Origin: an uncultured Clostridia bacterium
Lineage (GTDB): Bacteria > Bacillota > Clostridia > Monoglobales > Monoglobaceae
DNA: 64,000 nucleotides
Reading direction: 5' to 3'
NCBI GenBank assembly: GCA_947625905.1
Contig: CANQQJ010000007.1
Location: forward strand, 18,714-82,713
This document shows, piece after piece, positions 57,173 to 64,000 of the stretch (position 1 is the first letter of the stretch; every line of letters begins with the position of its first letter). The translations under genes were made by a program, and so were the position numbers. The notes beneath the pieces were generated by a model, which did no database searches, was not told where the DNA came from, and was given only the letters and a program-made list of their open reading frames with translations.

Positions 57173-59854
57173 TTACCACAATTTCAGTCTCTGCTCGGGC
57201 GGCACATACATGGGATCGTCTTCCGAGATATTATAAATTTGATAGAACTCATCCATCGACGCTATAACGGCGTCGACCCTGACGCTGCTCTCGGAGCGGA
57301 TATCGGGTATGAGGCGCGAGTCGGTGACAAAGTTCTCGGTTCCGAGCTTGGCGAGCGCTTCCGCCCACGCTTCCACGGCCTCTCTTTGACCGTCGGGGTC
57401 GTCTTTCAAGATATTCAAGACGCAGCGCAGACCCGCAAAGTCCGCCATATTTTCAGAGACGGCCTCCTCGCCGTTTTGCTCGACTCCCTCGGCAAGCGAG
57501 AATTTGTCGTAATACTCGATAAAATTCTCAACGCGCTTGCTGTATTCCTCAAGATCGCCGTCTGTCCACCAGCTTTTTGTATTGCCTTTTTCGTCATACT
57601 CGGCGCCCGTTATGTCAAACGCGTGGCTTATCTCGTGAGCCGCGAACGCGCCAACGGTGCCCAGGTTCCGCGCGCGGCTCGCGCTCGGGTCATACATTCC
57701 CTCCTGCAGCAATCCCGCGCACACAAATATGCTGTTAATGTCATAAATATACGCCGCGTCGGTCGTGTCGGGAGGTATCTGCGCCAGCACAGCCGAAAAG
57801 TCGTCCTCGTCGCACTCCCGCTTCACCGTGTTGAACGCGCCGCCGTTTATTCTCATGCTGTTGTTAAAATACGTGCCGCCTTCCTCGGGCGGAATGATCA
57901 CCGGATACGAGCCGTTTTCAAAGCGTCCGATAACGGCTTTCATGTTTTCGATTTTTTTGAGCGCGGTTTGTTTGGCTTGATCGCTCAGCCACGCGTTGGC
58001 ATTGATAATGCTTGAATACTCGCCGAGTATATCGCCGACCATGGCGCGCACGTCGTCTGCCGCGGAATCGTCGTAATAATAATCGCAGTAGATCGAGCCC
58101 AGGTCATTCGGCAGCAGCTGTCTGATAACATTGATATTCTTGTCGCTTAAAATCCCGCCGCCGATCTCGTCGTCTCCGCCGGTCATTTCACGGAATTTTG
58201 CGGTCATCTCGGTGATACTCCCGCGCGTCGGCGGTTCGTCACCCGACATAAACATCATGGCGGCGGTTTTGACGTTCTCAAGATTCTCGAACGCCGCGCC
58301 CTCCTCCGCGTTCAAATAGCATCCCGCGGCCGTCAGCGCGATAAGCGCGTTGATCTTGAGCGCGTTTAAATCATCATCGGTCAAAAGCGCGTCTATCTCC
58401 CCTGCGGTATCCTCGCTATGAGACATAACGACGTCGGTTTTTTCAAAACCGAGCACCTTCAAGGTCGAGGCGAGTTTTACATTCGACAGCAGCTCGTCCG
58501 CCGCCGTTTCGCTGTATTTTTGATAATTCGGCACATCAACGCTGTAATTTTCGAGATTTATGTTGTGCTCCGCCGCGACGGCGAACAGTTCATCGACAAT
58601 GTCTTCGACGTTGACCGACGGATCGACCATCATTCTGAGGCTCATTCCCATAATTATAAGCGACATGGGATTCTCGTCCCGGCTCGCCGCATCCTGAAGC
58701 TCAAGAGCTTTCTTGATGTCGGCCTCGGAAAACTCATATCCCATCGCCGAAAGAACCTCTTTCAGGGCGTCCTCATAAAACGAGCCGAACGCCTCTTTGG
58801 TCGACTGTCTGTAATTTATAACGCCCATATCGCCGACCGGGTTTATCAGCACGCAGGGCAGCGCGTCGCCGCTCTGAGGGTCTTTGACCGCCTCGATGTC
58901 AAACAGAGTCGCGGCTCCTATATTTCTCAGTATATCGGTCGACGCGTCCGCAAGCGCCTCGACTGTGTCGGCGTGCACTATGGTGTTTCTGAGGTCTGTG
59001 ATCAGCTGCTTGTCCTCCTCGGTGGGCTCGGCGGATCCCGCCATGCACAAGAGCATATCGTGGACGCGCTGCTCGGCGCTTCCGCGCTCGTACTCAAGGC
59101 CGCCGTTCATAAGCTTTTGAAGCAGGTCTCTTTCTTTCTCGTTTATTCCCGCCTGCATGTCTCCTAAATTGGACCACGCGTTTTCGGTGTCGATAATACC
59201 GCCGTGCATGACGTCGATCGCGCTGACGGAAGATACCTGCGCGTTGCGGAACGCCTTGCTGTTCACGTGGCCGTAGAAGCTCTCGCCTATCGGCACGGTG
59301 TTCAAAAGCTCGTCGCTCCTGTCGGTCAAAAGCTTCACCTGCTCGACGGTTATGTTGTCGTCCGAGCCCAGAAGGCCGTTGCCGTAGCCCTTGACGATAC
59401 CCGCCCGCGTCAGAGCGTCTATGTCCTCTTTCGCCCAGTCGGGAACATCCGTAAACTCGATAGGCTCGCCGCCGCTTCCCGAGTTCTTCGGCATGCATCT
59501 CGCCAATATCGCCAGCGCCTCAACGCGCGTGATATTATCTTTCGGGCGCAGCGTGCCGTCATCGTAGCCGCGGATCAGGCCGTTTGAAACCGCCTTCTCA
59601 AAATCCGCCGCGTACTTTGGGGCTATATCCGCGCTGTCGGCAAAATCCGAAAGCGCGTCCGCGGCGCCGCGTAAATTGTTGCGGCCGACCGAGCGCACAA
59701 ACTCCGACACGACATACTCGCGCGCGGCAAACGCTCCGCTCTCCGCCGCGAAAGACGGGGCGGAGAGCGGGATAACTGAAACGATCATTGCCGCAGATGT
59801 CAAAATGCCTATAATTTTTTTGCTTAGTCTTATTCGGCTAATTTTTTTGGTCAA
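57173..59854 (-). CDS. SLH-anchored M13-family metallopeptidase (intact copy)
   Basis: TTG start, signal peptide; SLH motifs (GLIRGYDDGTLRP, ITRVEA, GIVKGYGNG); AHEISH and ENMAD. Confidence 0.88.
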   Translation of the reverse strand: MTKKISRIRLSKKIIGILTSAAMIVSVIPLSAPSFAAESGAFAAREYVVSEFVRSVGRNNLRGAADALSDFADSADIAPKYAADFEKAVSNGLIRGYDDGTLRPKDNITRVEALAILARCMPKNSGSGGEPIEFTDVPDWAKEDIDALTRAGIVKGYGNGLLGSDDNITVEQVKLLTDRSDELLNTVPIGESFYGHVNSKAFRNAQVSSVSAIDVMHGGIIDTENAWSNLGDMQAGINEKERDLLQKLMNGGLEYERGSAEQRVHDMLLCMAGSAEPTEEDKQLITDLRNTIVHADTVEALADASTDILRNIGAATLFDIEAVKDPQSGDALPCVLINPVGDMGVINYRQSTKEAFGSFYEDALKEVLSAMGYEFSEADIKKALELQDAASRDENPMSLIIMGMSLRMMVDPSVNVEDIVDELFAVAAEHNINLENYSVDVPNYQKYSETAADELLSNVKLASTLKVLGFEKTDVVMSHSEDTAGEIDALLTDDDLNALKINALIALTAAGCYLNAEEGAAFENLENVKTAAMMFMSGDEPPTRGSITEMTAKFREMTGGDDEIGGGILSDKNINVIRQLLPNDLGSIYCDYYYDDSAADDVRAMVGDILGEYSSIINANAWLSDQAKQTALKKIENMKAVIGRFENGSYPVIIPPEEGGTYFNNSMRINGGAFNTVKRECDEDDFSAVLAQIPPDTTDAAYIYDINSIFVCAGLLQEGMYDPSASRARNLGTVGAFAAHEISHAFDITGAEYDEKGNTKSWWTDGDLEEYSKRVENFIEYYDKFSLAEGVEQNGEEAVSENMADFAGLRCVLNILKDDPDGQREAVEAWAEALAKLGTENFVTDSRLIPDIRSESSVRVDAVIASMDEFYQIYNISEDDPMYVPPEQRLKLW

Positions 59855-59889
59855 TTCGGTTACCTCCGTTTTAAATACGAAAAATTATA

Positions 59890-62628
59890 TTACCAAAGAT
59901 CCAGTCTGTTTTCGGGAGCAACATACATCTTGTCGCCCTCTTTTACGTCGTACAGCTCATAGAACTCGTCCATCGACGCAACGACCGCGTCAACTCTTAC
60001 ATTGTTTGACGAGTGCACGTCCGCCGCCAAAATGTTCATTTTTGTCGACTCGCTTCCGAGCTCGGCCCATAACGCGGCGTATGATTCCAGAGCTTTCTTC
60101 TGCGCCTCGGGGTCGCCCTCGAGAATATTCAAAATACAGCGCAGACCCGCGTAGTCGGCCATATTCTCACCGATCGTTTTCTCGCTGTCCTGCGGCACGC
60201 CCTGCAGGACCTCAAAATTCCGATAATATTCCACAAAATTATCAATGCGCTTTTGATATTCTGCTTGATCCTTTTCGGTCCACCAATTATTAAGACAGTC
60301 GTTCTCGTCATACTGCGAGCCGAGCGAGTCAAACGCGTGGCCGATCTCATGACCGATCACGGCGCCGATCGCTCCGAGGTTTTCCGCTCTGTCAGCCTCG
60401 GGATCGTAGATCGGCTTGTTCAGTATTGCCGCCATAACGCACATTATATTGAGCTGAGGCGCGTAGAACGCGTTGACCATATCGGGCGGCGCCAGCATCT
60501 GCTCTCTGAGGAATTCTTTTTCGCTGCACTGGCGGACTTTTGTGTTGAGCATATCTTTAAGGACGCTCACCGTGTTCGAAAATACTGTTCCGCCCTGTTC
60601 CGGAGATGTGATCGTCGGGAACTCATAATTGTCGGGGTAACCGATCACCGCGATCATATTCGCTAACTTTTTGATAGCGTTCTGCTTGGTCTCCTCGCTC
60701 ATCCACGGATTCTTTTCAAAAGTCTCGACATACTCGCCCCATATCTCATCCAGCATTTCGGCTACATCATACGAGATCTGATCGTCGTAGTAATAGTCGC
60801 AGTAGATAAGGCCGATGTCGTTGGGCAGGTATGATCTTATCAATCCCAGATTCTCCGCGCTGAGCACGCTTTCTTCATCCTGATCGGCGCCTCCGCTCTG
60901 CGCGGCGTATACTGCCGCCGTGCCCAAAAAAGCCTCCGCCATTTCTTCGAGCAAACTCGTGTCGGTATCGGACGAGATGTACAGATACGCCATATACGTC
61001 ACAATGTTGATCTGTTTCATCGCGTCGCTCTCCCGGTCATTCAGAGGCGCGTTAAAGTCAGACAGGCCGAACAGCGCGTTTACCTTAAGAGCGTTAAGGT
61101 TATCCGCGGTAAAAGCTTTGTCGATCTCGCTCAATGTATCTTCGCTGTTAACAGCCACATTGTCATAATTCTTAAATCCTATTTTGTTTAATATATCGCG
61201 GAAATCAATATTTTTCGCCGCATTCTCGGCCTCGGCCGCGGAGAGGATGCGAGAATCTTCCTTATCGGATTCCAAGGTTTCGGGGTCAAGATCGGGGTGC
61301 TCGCTCAGCATGGCCTCGGTATCCTTGTTTATTGTCTCTTGAGTTATTTTCTGATCGGAGTACATTCTTATAGTCATGCCCTGCAAGATATCAGCGGCAT
61401 AGTTTTTGTCCCGCGTCGCCAGCGCCTGGAGGTCAACGGCGCGTTTTATGTCATCATCCGAAAACTCGCCGCCCATTGACTTAACAACGTCTTTAACCGT
61501 ATTTAAATAACGTTCGCCAAGCAGCTCCTTTGTCGCCGACCTGAAATTTATCAATCCTATTGATGTGTATTTCTTCAGGGTGATCTCGGGAAGAGCAATG
61601 CCGGTTTCCGGGTCTTGGGCTACATCGACCGAGAACAAAACATTTATTCCGGTCTCTGTCGCGATCTCGGTCGCCGTGTTCACAAGCTCCTCGACCGATT
61701 GCGCGTTTAAGATCTTCTGCCTCCAGTTCTGCACAAGAGCTTTGTCGCTTTCGGTGATCGTCTTTGAATCCTGCAGGCAGAGCAGCATGTCGTGAACTCT
61801 CTGTTCGGCGCTTCCGGGGCTGTACTCGAGCTCTCCGTTCATGAGCTTTTTAAGCAGATCGTTTTCCTGATCGTATATCTGCAGCTGAATATCGCTGAAA
61901 TAAGACCAGGAGTCGGAGGTACAACAACAGCGCCGTGAGCGGCATCGATAACGGGCGCGTTCGACAGCTGAACGTTGCGGAACGTCTTGTTGTTGATGTG
62001 TCCGTAAAAGCTCTCGCCGACGGGCACGGTGTTCAAAAGCTCGTCGCTTCTGTCGGTCAGAAGGCCGACCTGCTCTACCGTTATGTTATCGTCCGAGCCC
62101 AGAAGGCCGTTGCCGTAACCCTTGACGATGCCCGCGCGGGTCAGATCGTCGATATTCTCTTTCGCCCAATCGGGAACATCCATAAACTCGATAGGCTCAC
62201 CCGCATCATCGGGCACCTCGGGAATACATCTCGCCAGCATTGCCAGCGCCTCGATGCGTGTCACGTTTTCTTTGGGACGCAGCGTCTTGTCCTCATAGCC
62301 GCGCACCAGGCCGTTTGAGACCGCCTTTTCAAAATCGCCCACATAGTCCTCGTCAATATCGTCTTTGTCGGCGAATGTCGAGAGTATGTACGCGCTGCCC
62401 GTGAAATTGCTGCGGCCGACCGACTGCACGAATTCCGAAACCACATATTCGCGCGTCGCGAGCTCGGTGCCCTGCAATATTTCGGATACCACTGGCGGCG
62501 TCATCAGCCACATATTCGCGCGTCGCGAGCTCGGTGCCCTCCTCGGCAAAAGCCGGAACGGAAATCAGCGGCACGGTTGAAACGAGCATGGCCGCCGCCG
62601 TTAAAATACCGATAAGTTTTCTTCTCAT
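59890..62628 (-). pseudogene. Second SLH-M13 peptidase gene split into three ORFs (62353..62628, 61839..62549, 59890..61842)
   Basis: Colinear with the intact paralog; 67-bp insertion at 62441-62540 and an apparent 1-bp deletion near 61915-61920; catalytic GHEIGH and ENMAD retained. Confidence 0.8.
62441..62540. repeat. 33-bp exact direct repeat flanking a 34-bp insert
   Basis: CCACATATTCGCGCGTCGCGAGCTCGGTGCCCT at 62441-62473 and 62508-62540. Confidence 0.9.
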
Positions 62629-62933
62629 TTTGCTTACCTCCGCATTAAAAATTTTTTTGTATTATATATTTTACCACATATTACAAAAAAATCAAATACT
62701 TTTCACGCAAAAAACAGGGGGGTTTCGTGCAATAACGCCAAAAAATTATTATTTACGGCTCGAATGACGTTCCCGCCGACGCGCCTAAAATACATATAAA
62801 TTTAATTCGGTATTTTCGCGCAACTTAGTAAAAATTTATTATTGCATATTTTGAAGAAATATGGTATAGTAAAAAGAACGATTGTGTAAAAATCCAAGGC
62901 AGAAAATATAATATGATTTATGAGGTGATTAAT

Positions 62934-63911
62934 ATGGCTGAAAATATAAAAACCATAGGCGTGCTGACATCGGGAGGCGACGCGCCCGGCATGAACGCCG
63001 CGATCAGAGCGGTCGTAAGGGTCGGAGCGCATCACGGTCTTAAAGTTATGGGCATAAAGCGCGGATACTCCGGCCTTATCAAAGGCGATATAAAAGAAAT
63101 GCGTCCGCGCGACGTGTCCAACACGCTGCAGCGCGGCGGCACGATACTTCAGACCGCGCGCTGTCCCGAGTTTAAAAATGAGGAAGTCATAAAGCGCGGC
63201 GTTGAGATGGCAAAGATCTTCGACATCGACGGTCTTGTGGTCATCGGCGGAGACGGCTCTTTCAGGGGCGCGGCGGGACTCTGCAAGGCGGGTCTGCCCA
63301 CCATCGCGCTGCCCGGAACGATCGACAATGACATAGGCTGCAGCGAGTACACCATAGGCTATGACACCTGTCTGAACACGATAAAATCCGCGGTCGACAA
63401 TATAAAAGACACAACAGAGAGCCATGAGCGCTGTTCGGTTATTGAGGTCATGGGCAGATCGGCGGGCTTTCTGGCGCTTGACGTGGGCATAGCCTGCGGC
63501 GCGGACGTGATACTGGTGCCCGAGGTAAAATGGTCGCTTACGAACGATGTTTTAAAGCCCATCCTGCACAGCAAGGCCAACGGCGAAAAACGCTTCATCG
63601 TGATCGTGGCCGAAGGCGTCGGCGGCGTTGTTGAAATGGCGAAAAAGATAGAGGAAAAAACCGGCATCGAGTCGAGAGCGACTATCCTAGGTCATGTGCA
63701 GCGCGGCGGAAGTCCTTCCGTCCGCGACCGCGTTACCGCCTCGGAAATGGGAAGCCTCGCAGTCGAGCTTTTGATTTCCGGGAAACAGAATCGGATCGTC
63801 TGCATGAAGGACAATAAAATTATCGACGTCGATATCAAAGACGGTCTGGCCATGCAGAAAACGCTTTCAGAGCAGCATATAACTCTCGCCAAAAAGCTTT
63901 CGTACAAATAA
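62934..63911 (+). CDS. pfkA: ATP-dependent 6-phosphofructokinase
   Basis: LTSGGDAPGMNA, GGDGS, PGTIDNDI, EVMGR, LGHVQRGG. Confidence 0.97.
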   Translation: MAENIKTIGVLTSGGDAPGMNAAIRAVVRVGAHHGLKVMGIKRGYSGLIKGDIKEMRPRDVSNTLQRGGTILQTARCPEFKNEEVIKRGVEMAKIFDIDGLVVIGGDGSFRGAAGLCKAGLPTIALPGTIDNDIGCSEYTIGYDTCLNTIKSAVDNIKDTTESHERCSVIEVMGRSAGFLALDVGIACGADVILVPEVKWSLTNDVLKPILHSKANGEKRFIVIVAEGVGGVVEMAKKIEEKTGIESRATILGHVQRGGSPSVRDRVTASEMGSLAVELLISGKQNRIVCMKDNKIIDVDIKDGLAMQKTLSEQHITLAKKLSYK

Positions 63912-63920
63912 AATATTTAC

Positions 63921-63946
63921 GGCGCAGCCCAAGCTGCGCCGTTTTT
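63921..63946 (+). terminator. Intrinsic terminator after pfkA
   Basis: GGCGCAGC-CCAA-GCTGCGCC-GTTTTT. Confidence 0.8.
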
Positions 63947-64000
63947 ATACGCGCGATCATGATAACGGAGGCAAGTTTCGGCACAAAAATCATAATGACG

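Noticed and set aside
62441-62540. Bona fide CRISPR array
   Set aside because: Only two repeats; the repeat is coding sequence homologous to the paralog, has no typical CRISPR-repeat ends or leader, and no cas genes are in the window.
63947-64000. Start of a gene after pfkA
   Set aside because: Only two codons from an ATG at 63995 are visible; not enough to call.

Overview
A 64-kb stretch of a moderately GC-rich, probably spore-forming Clostridia (Bacillota) chromosome, with Oscillospirales/Monoglobales-like gene content (taxonomy is inference). Most of it is housekeeping: the ribDE(BA)H operon under an FMN riboswitch, ilvA-ridA, metY/Rrf2, a heterodimeric ABC exporter, purD-carB, recJ-rel-MBL-hemZ, mutS2, eda-kdgK, paaK-iorAB-ACT and pfkA. 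Accessory parts are a left-end island (DUF4160-type toxin-antitoxin pair, AbrB-like regulator, lipoprotein, Ser/Thr kinase, HTH), a multidomain GH5, an NlpC/P60 peptidase, a STAS/PP2C-HATPase/LytTR signalling cluster, and two SLH-M13 peptidase genes, the second one broken. No tRNA, rRNA, CRISPR array or transposase was seen. The most interesting signals are non-genic. (1) An ~165-nt leader RNA upstream of the AbrB-like gene has mutually exclusive anti-antiterminator, antiterminator and terminator pairings. (2) A 33-bp duplication flanks a 34-bp insert inside the second SLH-M13 gene. (3) Three co-occurring intergenic repeat families (GTAG-type REPs, heptamer arrays, BoxC-like double hairpins) appear, with a 700-bp hairpin cluster. 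(4) 21-bp-period direct repeats sit at three promoters around the LytTR system. (5) A 22-aa uORF lies behind a CymR-like box. (6) A diverged stub duplicates the hemZ 5' end. (7) A GH5 and an NlpC/P60 protein share an unnamed terminal module. All family calls come from motif recognition by eye; no searches were run.
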